From NCBI GenBank assembly GCA_002269645.1, contig NIVC01000231.1, positions 1 to 64,000 on the forward strand: a stretch of 64,000 nt of DNA, written 5' to 3'. Position numbers and translations under genes: made by a program. The number at the start of each line of letters is the position of its first letter. The first letter of the stretch is position 1. The notes below the pieces were generated by a model. That model did no database searches. It was not told the DNA's origin and saw only the letters and a list, made by a program, of their open reading frames with translations. The stretch is from Macrostomum lignano (Eukaryota). Shown here in pieces: positions 47,760-60,566 of this stretch.

Positions 47760-48545
47760 TTTTTTCATGACGCTTCTATGCTTGTTTACATGACGCTTGT
47801 ATGATTTTTACATGACGCTTCTATGATTGTTTACATGACGCTTGTATGATTGTTTACATGACGCTTCTATGATTTTTTACATGACGCTTTTATGATTTTT
47901 ACATGACGCTTCTATGATTTTTTACATGACGCTTCTATGATTTTTACATGACGCTTCTATGATTTTTACATGACGCTTCTATGATTTTTACATGACGCTT
48001 CTATGATTTTTACATGACGCTTCTATGATTGTTTACATGACGCTTCTATGATTGTATACATGACGCTTCTATGATTGTTTACATGACGCTTCTATGATTG
48101 TATACATGACGCTTCTATGATTGTTTACATGACGCTTTTATGATTGTTTACATGACGCTTCTATGATTTTTACATGACGCTTCTATGATTGTTTACATGA
48201 CGCTTCTATGATTGTTTACATGACGCTTCTATGATTTTAACATGACGCTTCTATGATTTTTTTACATGACGCTTCTATGATTGTTTACATGACGCTTGTA
48301 TGATTGTTTACATGACGCTTGTATGATTTTAACATGACGCTTCTATGATTGTTTACATTACGCTTCTATGATTGCTTGCATGACGCTTCTATGATTTTTT
48401 ATGACGCTTTTATGATTTTAACATGACGCTTCTATGATTTTTTTACATGACGCTTCTATGATTTTTACATGACGCTTCTATGATTGTTTACATGACGCTT
48501 CTATGATTGTTTACATGACGCTTGTATGATTGTTTACATGACGCT
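47760..48545. repeat. 22-23-bp minisatellite (ACATGACGCTTCTATGATTGTTT) in Helitron copy 1
   Basis: Tandem units seen directly. Confidence 0.95.
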
Positions 48546-48603
48546 TCCATAATTTTTTTTGTCTTGGCGTTAAAAGGCTTTAATTAAAAAAACTCTACTC
48601 TCT

Positions 48604-48670
48604 AAAAATTCGAACCATCGTCCCTGCATTTAGCAGTTTAGTCTGTTTACCTCTAGGCTAGCTCTCATGA
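48604..48670 (-). promoter_or_regulatory. tRNA-like Pol III promoter cassette B in Helitron copy 1
   Basis: GAGAGC-TAGCCTAGAGG (A box) ... AACTGCTAAATGC ... GGTTCGAAT (B box), followed by TTTTT. Confidence 0.55.
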
Positions 48671-48949
48671 ATTTTAGTCATTACCCCTAAATAGAAAATA
48701 TTCCCAAGACAGCAAGCATCCCCCCAGTAGCAAGCATCCCCTAATACTCCTAGCAAGCATCCACCCAGATAGCAAGCATCTGCAGATAGCAAGCATCTTG
48801 CAGATAGCAAGCATCTTGCAGATAGCAAGCATACCCCAAATAATGTAGAAGCATCCTTCCAGATAGCAAGCATCCTGCACATAGCAAGAATCCCTAAATA
48901 GCAAGCATCCCTGGATAGAAATAATCCTATACATGTAGCCAAGCTTATC

Positions 48950-50355
48950 AAGCGCAGTAATCCTTGGCTATCGAGTGCAGTAATCCTTGGTTTATTAATA
49001 GCAATAATCCATGGCTTATCGAGTGCAGTAATCCTTGGTTTATTAATAGCAATAATCCTTGGCTTATCGAGTGCAGTAATTCATGGTTTATTAATAGCAA
49101 TAATCCTTGGCTTATCGAGTGCAGTAATCCTTGGTTTATTAATAGCAATAATCCATGCCTTATCGAGTGCAGTAATCCTTGGTTTATTAATAGCAATAAT
49201 CCTTGGCTTATCGAGTGCAGTAATCCTTGGTTTGCCAAGTGCATAATCCTTGGTTTATTAATAGCAATAATCCTTGGTTTATCGAGTGCAGTAATCCTTG
49301 GTTTATTAATAGCAATAATCCTTGGCTTATCGAGTGCAGTAATCCTTGGTTTATTAATAGCAATAATCCATGGCTTATCGAGTGCAGTAATCCTTGGTTT
49401 GCCAAGAGCAATAGTCCTTGGCTTATCGAGTGCAGTAATCCTTGGTTTGCCAAGAGCAATAGTCCTTGGTTTATTGAGTGCAGTAATCCTTGGTTTATTA
49501 ATAGCAATAGTCCTTGGTTTATTGAGTGCAGTAATCCTTGGTTTATTAATAGCAATAATCCTTGGCTTATCGAGTGCAGTAATCCTTGGTTTGCCAAGTG
49601 CATAATCCTTGGTTTATCGAGTGCAGTAATCCTTGGTTTATTAATAGCAATAATCCTTGGCTTATCGAGTGCAGTAATCCTTGGTTTATTAATAGCAATA
49701 ATCCATGGCTTATCGAGTGCAGTAATCCTTGGTTTGCCAAGTGCATAATCCTTGGTTTATTAATAGCAATAATCCTTGGCTTATCGAGTGCAGTAATCCT
49801 TGGTTTATTAATAGCAATAATCCTTGGTTTATCGAGTGCATTAATCCTTGGTTTATTAATAGCAATAATCCTTGGCTTATCGAGTGCAGTAATCCTTGGT
49901 TTATTAATAGCAATAATCCTTGGCTTATCGAGTGCAGTAATCCTTGGTTTATTAATAGCAATAATCCTTGGCTTATCGATTGCAGTAATCCTTGGTTTAT
50001 TAATAGCAATAGTCCTTGGTTTATTGAGTGCAGTAATGCTTGGTTTATTATTAATAGCAATAATCCTTGGCTTATCGATTGCAGTAATCCTTGGTTTGCC
50101 AAGTGCATAATCCTTGGTTTATTAATAGCAATAATCCTTGGTTTATCGAGTGCAGTAATCCTTAGTTTATTAATAGCAATAATCCTTGGCTTATCGAGTG
50201 CAGTAATCCTTGGTTTATTAATAGCAATAATCCATGGCTTATCGAGTGCAGTAATCCTTGGTTTGCCAAGAGCAATAATCCTTGGCTTATCGAGTGCAGT
50301 ATTCCTTGGTTTGCCAAGAGCAATAATCCTTAGCTTATCGAGTGCAGTAATCTAA
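48950..50355. repeat. Composite satellite of related ~20-24-bp monomers (core AATCCTTGG) in Helitron copy 1
   Basis: Alternating GAGTGCAGTAATCCTTGGTTTATT / AATAGCAATAATCCTTGGCTTATC, plus GCCAAG variants. Confidence 0.95.
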
Positions 50356-50422
50356 GTGTTTTTATTTAGTCCTTTAATAAAAGCTTTTAATAAAAAATTT
50401 TACACTACTACTTTTAAACTAC

Positions 50423-50490
50423 TTAGATTCGAACCCAGGTCGCTGCATTAGCAGTCTGGTCTGCTCAGCTCTAGGCTAGCTCTCATCGAA
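50423..50490 (-). promoter_or_regulatory. tRNA-like Pol III promoter cassette A in Helitron copy 1
   Basis: GAGAGC-TAGCCTAGAGC ... GACTGCTAAT (Ser-GCT-like loop) ... GGGTTCGAATC. Confidence 0.55.
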
Positions 50491-52609
50491 GTTATCAGTG
50501 AATTTGTACCACTTATATAATTCAACACTCACACCAAGTCAGGTAGAGTAAAAAGTCACGCGAAGCAGTTATGACATAATCAATTTCTTAGGCAAGTCAG
50601 TACCAGTGTCTATGAAAGTTAACAATATGGTTACGTAATATAAATTCAGTACTGCACTATAATTTCACCCTCAAAGATGTGACGCAATTCAATTGAGTGT
50701 CAAATTCAGCCAGTACACAGACGATAAATAAAGTGTATTGTGATGCAATCTATTTCAGAATCAGAATTCAATCAGTCAGATTTTTCTCTAGCATTCTTAC
50801 AATGCATTTCAGGTCGAAAGAGCTGCTTGACCTTTGCAAAAAATCATGTTTTTCGAATATTTAATCCCTTTAACATTGAGCAATTTCTTAGCCAATATGC
50901 ATGTACCGTCCCGGGAAAATTTCTGATCGAATGGTGCAAGTTTGAAGAAAATCGGTTGAGCCGTTCGGGAGAAAATCAATTACAAGCAAGCAACCAAGCA
51001 TTTCATTTTTAGTATATTAGAAGACTAGCTAAAGTTTTGCCCCCCTTCGGGGAGCAGAAATAATTAATATTCGTCTAATATAATATACCTTTTAGCAGGA
51101 GTACTTTAAGTGTTTTTCTTAAGCTTAAGCTTAAAATAGGAATTTTTGGAGATCGTTAATAACGCATTTTAGGTAAAACAAAACTATCAACTTTTTACAG
51201 TTTTTAGTTTAGAGCCCTGTATATGTCAACGTGTTTGATAAAAATTATTTTTATCATTTTTGATAAAAAATGGCCTTCGGGGTGGCCAATAAGCAAGGGA
51301 CGAATCCTTTTAAATGAAAAAAAAATTCTTAGGGAGGGGGCTAGGAATCGAATTCTCATTTTAATTCCAGGCTTATGTACCAATAAAACATGTTTGTGCA
51401 GAATTTTATAACAGACATTGAAATTCAACCATACTTGCCTTCTTTCAGAGCTACTTCTACCAGTATGCTTCAGTACGCTACCAGTACCCTTGTAAGCCTT
51501 GACATGTCAGCAATCCCCCCCACAAGCCTTAACATATCAACTCCCCCCTTGACATCTCAGCAATGCTCCCACAAGCCTTGAAATCTTAAAAAATCTGTCT
51601 ATTTTCTAACCCTAACCCTAACCCTAACCCTAACCCTTAGGCATTGAAATTTCAGTAATTCTCTCTAAGAGTCTATAGCACTACTACAGCATTATAGCGA
51701 TTCCCTGCAAGCCTCGACATCGTAGGGATTCCCAAATGAATCTCTTAACTTTGACATGAAGCTTCTTTTTTTTTTACATTACGCTTTTTCTATCAGCGAT
51801 CCCTCCCGTGAGGAGCCAACAAATAATGTAATAACTTTTTTCCAATAAACTATACATGTAGCTTCTGACATTAGCCTTGACATCTCATTTATTCCCCCGT
51901 GAGCCTTGACATCTCAGCTATAGATAGATAGATAGATTCCCCTCGTAAGCCTTGACATGTCAGCGATGCCCCCCATAAACCTTGAAATCTAAAAAATCCC
52001 CTGTTAACCTTGAAACGCGCTAAAATCTAACCCTCAACCCAAACCTGACGTAAACCTAACTTTCACCCAACCTAAAGCCTTGAAATCACAGCAATTCTTC
52101 TTCCCTAAGCCTTGGCATTTAAGTGATTCCTTCTTTAAGAATCACAGCACTATAACGATTCCCTCCAAGCTTTGACATCGTAGCAATTCCCAAATGAATC
52201 TTTTAACTTTGACATGACTTTTATTTTATGTATACATAGTGCTCCTTTTATTTTTACATGACTCTTCTTCTATCAGCGCCCCCCCACCGTGGCAAGCCAA
52301 CAAAGAATGCAATAAAAAACTTAAGTAAAGTACATGTACTTTGAAGTAGCTTCTGACTTTTGCTTTAACATCTCAGAAACCCCCCTGTAATCTCAGTTAT
52401 TCTCTGTGAGCCTTGACGTCTCAGTAATTCTCCCCAGCACAGCACTGTACTATAGCTTCATTTAATTTTTATATGACATTTCTTTCATGTCTGACATGAC
52501 GCTTCTTTTGATTTTTACGTTACGCTTCTTTTATTCTTCCATGATGCTTCTTAATTTTTTAAATGACACACTTTCATTAGTTTTTATATGAGGCTTCTAT
52601 AATTTTTTC

Positions 52610-53525
52610 ATGACGCTTCTATGCTTGTTTACATGACGCTTGTATGATTTTTACATGACGCTTCTATGATTGTTTACATGACGCTTGTATGATTGTTTAC
52701 ATGACGCTTCTATGATTTTTTACATGACGCTTTTATGATTTTTACATGACGCTTCTATGATTTTTTACATGACGCTTCTATGATTTTTACATGACGCTTC
52801 TATGATTTTTACATGACGCTTCTATGATTTTTACATGACGCTTCTATGATTTTTACATGACGCTTCTATGATTTTTTACATGACGCTTCTATGATTGTTT
52901 ACATGACGCTTCTATGATTGTATACATGACGCTTCTATGATTGTTTACATGACGCTTTTATGATTGTTTACATGACGCTTCTATGATTTTTACATGACGC
53001 TTCTATGATTTTTACGTGACGCTTCTATGATTGTTTACATGACGCTTCTATGATTGTTTACATGACGCTTCTATGATTTTAACATGACGCTTCTATGATT
53101 TTTTACATGACGCTTCTATGATTGTTTACATGACGCTTGTATGATTGTTTATATGACGCTTGTATGATTTTAACATGACGCTTCTATGATTGTTTACATT
53201 ACGCTTCTATGATTGCTTGCATGACGCTTCTATGATTTTTTATGACGCTTTTATGATTTTAACATGACGCTTCTATGATTTTTTTACATGACGCTTCTAT
53301 GATTGTTTACATGACGCTTGTATGATTGTTTACATGGAGCTTGTATGATTGTTTACATGACGCTTTTATGATTTTAACATGACGCTTCTATGATTGTTTA
53401 CATTACGCTTCTATGATTTTTACATGACGCTTCTATGATTTTTACATGACGCTTCTATGATTGTTTACATGACGCTTCTATGATTGTTTACATGACGCTT
53501 GTATGATTGTTTACATGACGCTTCC
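52610..53525. repeat. 22-23-bp minisatellite in Helitron copy 2
   Basis: Same unit as 47760-48545, slightly longer array. Confidence 0.95.
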
Positions 53526-53580
53526 ATAATTTTTTTTGTCTTGGCGTTAAAAGGCTTTAATTAAAAAAACTCTACTCTCT

Positions 53581-53647
53581 AAAAATTCGAACCATCGTCC
53601 CTGCATTTAGCAGTTTAGTCTGTTTACCTCTAGGCTAGCTCTCATGA
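53581..53647 (-). promoter_or_regulatory. tRNA-like cassette B in Helitron copy 2
   Basis: Same sequence as 48604-48670. Confidence 0.55.
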
Positions 53648-53926
53648 ATTTTAGTCATTACCCCTAAATAGAAAATATTCCCAAGACAGCAAGCATCCCC
53701 CCAGTAGCAAGCATCCCCTAATACTCCTAGCAAGCATCCACCCAGATAGCAAGCATCTGCAGATAGCAAGCATCTTGCAGATAGCAAGCATCTTGCAGAT
53801 AGCAAGCATACCCCAAATAATGTAGAAGCATCCTTCCAGATAGCAAGCATCCTGCACATAGCAAGAATCCCTAAATAGCAAGCATCCCTGGATAGAAATA
53901 ATCCTATACATGTAGCCAAGCTTATC

Positions 53927-56900
53927 AAGCGCAGTAATCCTTGGCTATCGAGTGCAGTAATCCTTGGTTTATTAATAGCAATAATCCATGGCTTATCGAG
54001 TGCAGTAATCCTTGGTTTATTAATAGCAATAATCCTTGGCTTATCGAGTGCAGTAATTCATGGTTTATTAATAGCAATAATCCTTGGCTTATCGAGTGCA
54101 GTAATCCTTGGTTTATTAATAGCAATAATCCATGCCTTATCGAGTGCAGTAATCCTTGGTTTATTAATAGCAATAATCCTTGGCTTATCGAGTGCAGTAA
54201 TCCTTGGTTTATTAATAGCAATAATCCATGGCTTATCGAGTGCAGTAATCCTTGGTTTGCCAAGAGCAATAGTCCTTGGCTTATCGAGTGCAGTAATCCT
54301 TGGTTTGCCAAGAGCAATAGTCCTTGGTTTATTGAGTGCAGTAATCCTTGGTTTATTAATAGCAATAGTCCTTGGTTTATTGAGTGCAGTAATCCTTGGT
54401 TTATTAATAGCAATAATCCTTGGCTTATCGAGTGCAGTAATCCTTGGTTTGCCAAGTGCATAATCCTTGGTTTATCGAGTGCAGTAATCCTTGGTTTATT
54501 AATAGCAATAATCCTTGGCTTATCGAGTGCAGTAATCCTTGGTTTATTAATAGCAATAATCCATGGCTTATCGAGTGCAGTAATCCTTGGTTTGCCAAGA
54601 GCAATAGTCCTTGGCTTATCGAGTGCAGTAATCCTTGGTTTGCCAAGAGCAATAGTCCTTGGTTTATTGAGTGCAGAAATCCTTGGTTTATTAATAGCAA
54701 TAGTCCTTGGTTTATTGAGTGCAGTAATCCTTGGTTTATTAATAGCAATGATCCTTGGCTTATCGAGTGCAGTAATCCTTGGTTTGCCAAGTGCATAATC
54801 CTTGGTTTATTAATAGCAATAATCCTTGGCTTATCGAGTGCAGTAATCCTTGGTTTATTAATAGCAATAATCCTTGGTTTATCGAGTGCATTAATCCTTG
54901 GTTTATTAATAGCAATAATCCTTGGCTTATCGAGTGCAGTAATCCTTGGTTTATTAATAGCAATAATCCTTGGCTTATCGAGTGCAGTAATCCTTGGTTT
55001 GCCAAGAGCAATAGTCCTTGGTTTTTTGAGTGCAGTAATCCTTGGTTTATTAATAGCAATAGTCCTTGGTTTATTGAGTGCAGTAATGCTTGGTTTATTA
55101 ATAGCAATAATCCTTGGCTTATCGATTGCAGTAATCCTTGGTTTGCCAAGTGCATAATCCTTGGTTTATTAATAGCAATAATCCTTGGTTTATCGAGTGC
55201 AGTAATCCTTGGTTTGCCAAGAGCAATAGTCCTTGGCTTATCGAGTGCAGTAATCCTTGGTTTGCCAAGAGCAATAGTCCTTGGTTTATTGAGTGCAGTA
55301 ATCCTTGGTTTATTAATAGCAATAATCCTTGGCTTATCGAGTGCAGTAATCCTTGGTTTGCCAAGTGCATAATCCTTGGTTTATTAATAGCAATAATCCA
55401 TGGCTTATCGAGTGCAGTAATCCTTGGTTTGCCAAGAGCAATAGTCCTTGGCTTATCGAGTGCAGTAATCCTTGGTTTGCCAAGAGCAATAGTCCTTGGT
55501 TTATTGAGTGCAGTAATCCTTGGTTTATTAATAGCAATAGTCCTTGGTTTATTGAGTGCAGTAATCCTTGGTTTATTAATAGCAATAGTCCTTGGTTTAT
55601 TGAGTGCAGTAATCCTTGGTTTATTAATAGCAATAATCCTTGGCTTATCGAGTGCAGTAATCCTTGGTTTGCCAAGTGCATAATCCTTGGTTTATCGAGT
55701 GCAGTAATCCTTGGTTTATTAATAGCAATAATCCTTGGCTTATCGAGTGCAGTAATCCTTGGTTTATTAATAGCAATAATCCTTGGCTTATCGAGTGCAG
55801 TAATCCTTGGTTTGCCAAGTGCATAATCCTTGGTTTATCGAGTGCAGTAATCCTTGGTTTATTAATAGCAATAATCCTTGGCTTATCGAGTGCAGTAATC
55901 CTTGGTTTATTAATAGCAATAATCCATGGCTTATCGAGTGCAGTAATCCTTGGTTTGCCAAGAGCAATAGTCCTTGGTTTATTGAGTGCAGAAATCCTTG
56001 GTTTATTAATAGCAATAGTCCTTGGTTTATTGAGTGCAGTAATCCTTGGTTTATTAATAGCAATAATCCTTGGCTTATCGAGTGCAGTAATCCTTGGTTT
56101 GCCAAGTGCATAATCCTTGGTTTATTAATAGCAATAATCCTTGGCTTATCGAGTGCAGTAATCCTTGGTTTATTAATAGCAATAATCCTTGGTTTATCGA
56201 GTGCATTAATCCTTGGTTTATTAATAGCAATAATCCTTGGCTTATCGAGTGCAGTAATCCTTGGTTTATTAATAGCAATAATCCTTGGCTTATCGAGTGC
56301 AGTAATCCTTGGTTTGCCAAGAGCAATAGTCCTTGGTTTTTGAGTGCAGTAATCCTTGGTTTATTAATAGCAATAGTCCTTGGTTTATTGAGTGCAGTAA
56401 TGCTTGGTTTATTAATAGCAATAATCCTTGGCTTATCGATTGCAGTAATCCTTGGTTTGCCAAGTGCATAATCCTTGGTTTATTAATAGCAATAATCCTT
56501 GGTTTATCGAGTGCAGTAATCCTTGGTTTGCCAAGAGCAATAGTCCTTGGCTTATCGAGTGCAGTAATCCTTGGTTTGCCAAGAGCAATAGTCCTTGGTT
56601 TATTGAGTGCAGTAATCCTTGGTTTATTAATAGCAATAGTCCTTGGTTTATTGAGTGCAGTAATCCTTGGTTTATTAATAGCAATAATCCTTGGCTTATC
56701 GAGTGCAGTAATCCTTGGTTTGCCAAGTGCATAATCCTTGGTTTATTAATAGCAATAATCCATGGCTTATCGAGTGCAGTAATCCTTGGTTTGCCAAGAG
56801 CAATAGTCCTTGGCTTATCGAGTGCAGTAATCCTTGGTTTGCCAAGAGCAATAGTCCTTGGTTTATTGAGTGCAGTAATCCTTGGTTTATTAATAGCAAT

Positions 56901-58317
56901 AGTCCTTGGTTTATTGAGTGCAGTAATCCTTGGTTTATTAATAGCAGTAATCCTTGGCTATCGAGTGCAGTAATCCTTGGTTTATTAATAGCAATAGTCC
57001 TTGGTTTATTGAGTGCAGTAATCCTTGGTTTATTAATAGCAATAATCCTTGGCTTATCGAGTGCAGTAATCCTTGGTTTGCCAAGTGCATAATCCTTGTT
57101 TTATCGAGTGCAGTAATCCTTGGTTTATTAATAGCAATAATCCTTGGCTTATCGAGTGCAGTAATCCTTGGTTTATTAATAGCAATAATCCATGGCTTAT
57201 CGAGTGCAGTAATCCTTGGTTTGCCAAGAGCAATAGTCCTTGGTTTATTGAGTGCAGAAATCCTTGGTTTATTAATAGCAATAGTCCTTGGTTTATTGAG
57301 TGCAGTAATCCTTGGTTTATTAATAGCAATAATCCTTGGCTTATCGAGTGCAGTAATCCTTGGTTTGCCAAGTGCATAATCCTTGGTTTATTAATAGCAA
57401 TAATCCTTGGCTTATCGAGTGCAGTAATCCTTGGTTTATTAATAGCAATAATCCTTGGTTTATCGAGTGCATTAATCCTTGGTTTATTAATAGCAATAAT
57501 CCTTGGCTTATCGAGTGCAGTAATCCTTGGTTTATTAATAGCAATAATCCTTGGCTTATCGAGTGCAGTAATCCTTGGTTTGCCAGAGCAATAGTCCTTG
57601 GTTTTTGAGTGCAGTAATCCTTGGTTTATTAATAGCAATAGTCCTTGGTTTATTGAGTGCAGTAATGCTTGGTTTATTAATAGCAATAATCCTTGGCTTA
57701 TCGATTGCAGTAATCCTTGGTTTGCCAAGTGCATAATCCTTGGTTTATTAATAGCAATAATCCTTGGTTTATCGAGTGCAGTAATCCTTAGTTTATTAAT
57801 AGCAATAATCCTTGGCTTATCGAGTGCAGTAATCCTTGGTTTATTAATAGCAATAATCCATGGCTTATCGAGTGCAGTAATCCTTGGTTTGCCAAGAGCA
57901 ATAGTCCTTGGCTTATCGAGTGCAGTAATCCTTGGTTTGCCAAGAGCAATAGTCCTTGGTTTATTGAGTGCAGTAATCCTTGGTTTATTAATAGCAATAA
58001 TCCTTGGCTTATCGAGTGCAGTAATCCTTGGTTTATTAATAGCAATAATCCTTGGTTTATCGAGTGCAGTAATCCTTGGTTTATTAATAGCAATAATCCT
58101 TGGCTTATCGAGTGCAGTAATTCATGGTTTATTAATAGCAATAATCCTTGGCTTATCGAGTGCAGTAATCCTTGGTTTATTAATAGCAATAATCCATGGC
58201 TTATCGAGTGCAGTAATCCTTGGTTTGCCAAGAGCAATAATCCTTGGCTTATCGAGTGCAGTATTCCTTGGTTTGCCAAGAGCAATAATCCTTAGCTTAT
58301 CGAGTGCAGTAATCTAA
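53927..58317. repeat. Expanded composite satellite with ~1.3-kb higher-order period in Helitron copy 2
   Basis: The rare variant GTAATGCTTGG recurs at 55083, 56397 and 57662. Confidence 0.92.
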
Positions 58318-58384
58318 GTGTTTTTATTTAGTCCTTTAATAAAAGCTTTTAATAAAAAATTTTACACTACTACTTTTAAACTAC

Positions 58385-58450
58385 TTAGATTCGAACCCAG
58401 GTCGCTGCATTAGCAGTCTGGTCTGCTCAGCTCTAGGCTAGCTCTCATCG
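58385..58450 (-). promoter_or_regulatory. tRNA-like cassette A in Helitron copy 2
   Basis: Same sequence as 50423-50490. Confidence 0.55.
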
Positions 58451-60251
58451 AAGTTATCAGTGAATTTGTACCACTTATATAATTAATTCAACACTCACAC
58501 CAAGTCAGGTAGAGTAAAAAGTCACGCGAAGCAGTTATTATGACATAATCAATTTCTTAGGCAAGTCAGTACCAGTGTCTATGAAAGTTAACAATATGGT
58601 TACGTAATATAAATTCAGTACTGCACTATACTTTCACCCTCAAAGCTGTGACGCAATTCAATTGAGTGTCAAATTCAGCCAGTACACAGACGATAAATAA
58701 AGTGTATTGTGATGCAATCTATTTCAGAATCAGAATTCAACCAGTCAGATTTTTCTCTAGCATTCTTACAATGCATTTCAGGTCGAAAGAGCTGCTTGAC
58801 CTTTGCAAAAAATCATGTTTTTCGAATATTTGATCTCTTTAACATTGAGCAATTTTTCTCTAGCATTCTTACAATGCATTTCAGGTCGAAAGAGCTGCTT
58901 GACCTTTGCAAAAAATCATGTTTTTCGAATATTTGATCTCTTTAACATTGAGCAATTTCTTAGCCAAGATGCATGTACCGTCCCAGGAAAATTTCTGATC
59001 GAATGGTGCAAGTTTGAAGAAAATCGGTTGAGCCGTTCGGGAGAAAATCAATTACAAGCAAGCAACCAAGCATTTCATTTTTAGTATATTAGAAGATAGA
59101 AGATAGAAGAAGAAGATTGTCAAATTCCTCTTGCAGTTTTTTAAGGTCAGTCTGTTTTCTATAAGTTGTTTCTTTAGCATCCTGTTTTATTCCTCAACAA
59201 CTCAGTTGTTGCTTCAACATCTGTCTCTCTGTTAGCAGCTTGCCGCTACTCTCTTGCTTCTTCTGATACCTTATCTATTGCCTGTCTAAGTGGCTAAGCC
59301 TTCTAGCAGCTGTTGATATCTTTCCAAGAGTGCCCTTTTTGGGAGACATGAAAGCTAAGCTATCAAGAACTTTATTTCATATCAGTTGTTGTCTAGGCCT
59401 ATATAAGTGTAGTCTTAAGAAAAAAATCTAACTTCAAATTTCAAGTATGCATTAATAAAGCAGTGGTGAATGCTATTTAATGTTAGGAGTCTATGTATGT
59501 GTAGCTAGTTTTCCTAGCCTCAACTAGAGGGAAATCGGCCATAAACATAGCTTTTAGTTCCTATAAGCAAAAATACATTACTGAGATAAGAAAAAACAGG
59601 TTTTTGTCCATTTTCAGCCATCTCTTAAGTTAGGACCCCATTTTTTATTTGCCTAAAGCACTCCCCAGAAAATTCGTGTCTATTAGTCCAAGTCTTATCT
59701 TTCTACAACTTCCATTTAGGAGTCCATAGCAAATACACTCATAGACATATATAGAGTTTCATTTTTATATATTGAGATATTTAAACAATAGAATTGCAAC
59801 ACTACACCAAATTTTAACTTAAATTTTAGGTCCTAACAAGTTATTAGAGTAGTATAGAGTCATAGAATTGTTTTATATATTTTTTTGGTTTGGTAGTAAG
59901 GGCGACTGTTCTCACTCTGTAAATATCCTAAAAGCTGCTACCAAAGTTGTCATAATTCTATTTTGATCCTAGAAAAAGATCTTCTTATAATTACTAAAGC
60001 TTCTTAGAATTATTCTAAGTATTTTTCTTACTATATATCTAAGTAATTATCTAACTATTATTCTAAGTATTGTTTTAGTAAGGTATAAATAAAGTTCTAG
60101 GAATTTCTTATTTCTTGTTAAATAATGTTATTATTTTACTATACTGATAGCATATTTACTTAGTTCTAGTAGTCCCTGCTATACCTTTGAATTACTTTGC
60201 AGCAGTGGAAAGTAGCACATACCACATTTATTAACCAGTAAAAATATATAT

Positions 60252-60405
60252 GCACAACCTTGGGAATCACTTGGCCATTTCTATTGGCAACACACATGTA
60301 AGTTGCTATTGGCTCAGAGCAGTCACATGACTACTATTCCATCCAATAGCAACTTATGTGGGTGTTGCCAATAGAAACAGCCAGAAAAATCCCTAGGTTG
60401 TGCCC
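60252..60405. mobile_element. MITE related to the Merlin element at 44685-45962
   Basis: Two inverted arms (GCACAACCTTGGGAATCACTTGGCCATTTCTATTGGCAAC...AAGTTGCTATTGG) match the Merlin TIRs; no coding DNA. Confidence 0.8.
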
Positions 60406-60566
60406 AAGCTGAGTAAAGTTGACCTGTAAAGTTGAGTCAATGCCAAAAAACAAAAAATTGTTTTAGGTCATTGGGTGAATATCTCATAGAATTGGTATAT
60501 TTATATTGTAGAATGCACTTGGAAACAAATGAATGCATAGTCAATATTGGAAATAAATATTGACTA

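Larger units (their letters stand above)
46181..51024 (-). mobile_element. Non-autonomous Helitron, copy 1 (4844 bp)
   Basis: Minus-strand 5' end TCTTCTAATATACTAAAAATGAAATGCTTGGTTGCTTGC. The 3' end has a GC hairpin (gctccccgaagggggc) about 10 nt before CTAG, followed by T. No TSD and no Rep/helicase ORF. Confidence 0.85.
51025..59096 (-). mobile_element. Non-autonomous Helitron, copy 2 (8072 bp), joined head-to-tail with copy 1
   Basis: Same termini as copy 1. The junction reads CTAG|TC on the minus strand at 51025/51024, and the 5' flank ends in A (A|T target). It is longer than copy 1 because of array expansion and a ~103-bp local duplication (58757/58860). Confidence 0.85.

Noticed and set aside
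48948-58317. Dozens of NSNNPW / LGLLIAII / INQGLL ORFs
   Set aside because: All are readings of the Helitron-internal satellite.
48604-58450. Functional tRNA-Ser genes
   Set aside because: Only A/B boxes and a loop motif are present; acceptor, anticodon and T stems do not pair properly.
46181-59096. Ordinary segmental duplication or LTR pair
   Set aside because: The ends are exact Helitron termini (TC, hairpin-CTAG) with no TG..CA, TSD or retroviral internal domain.
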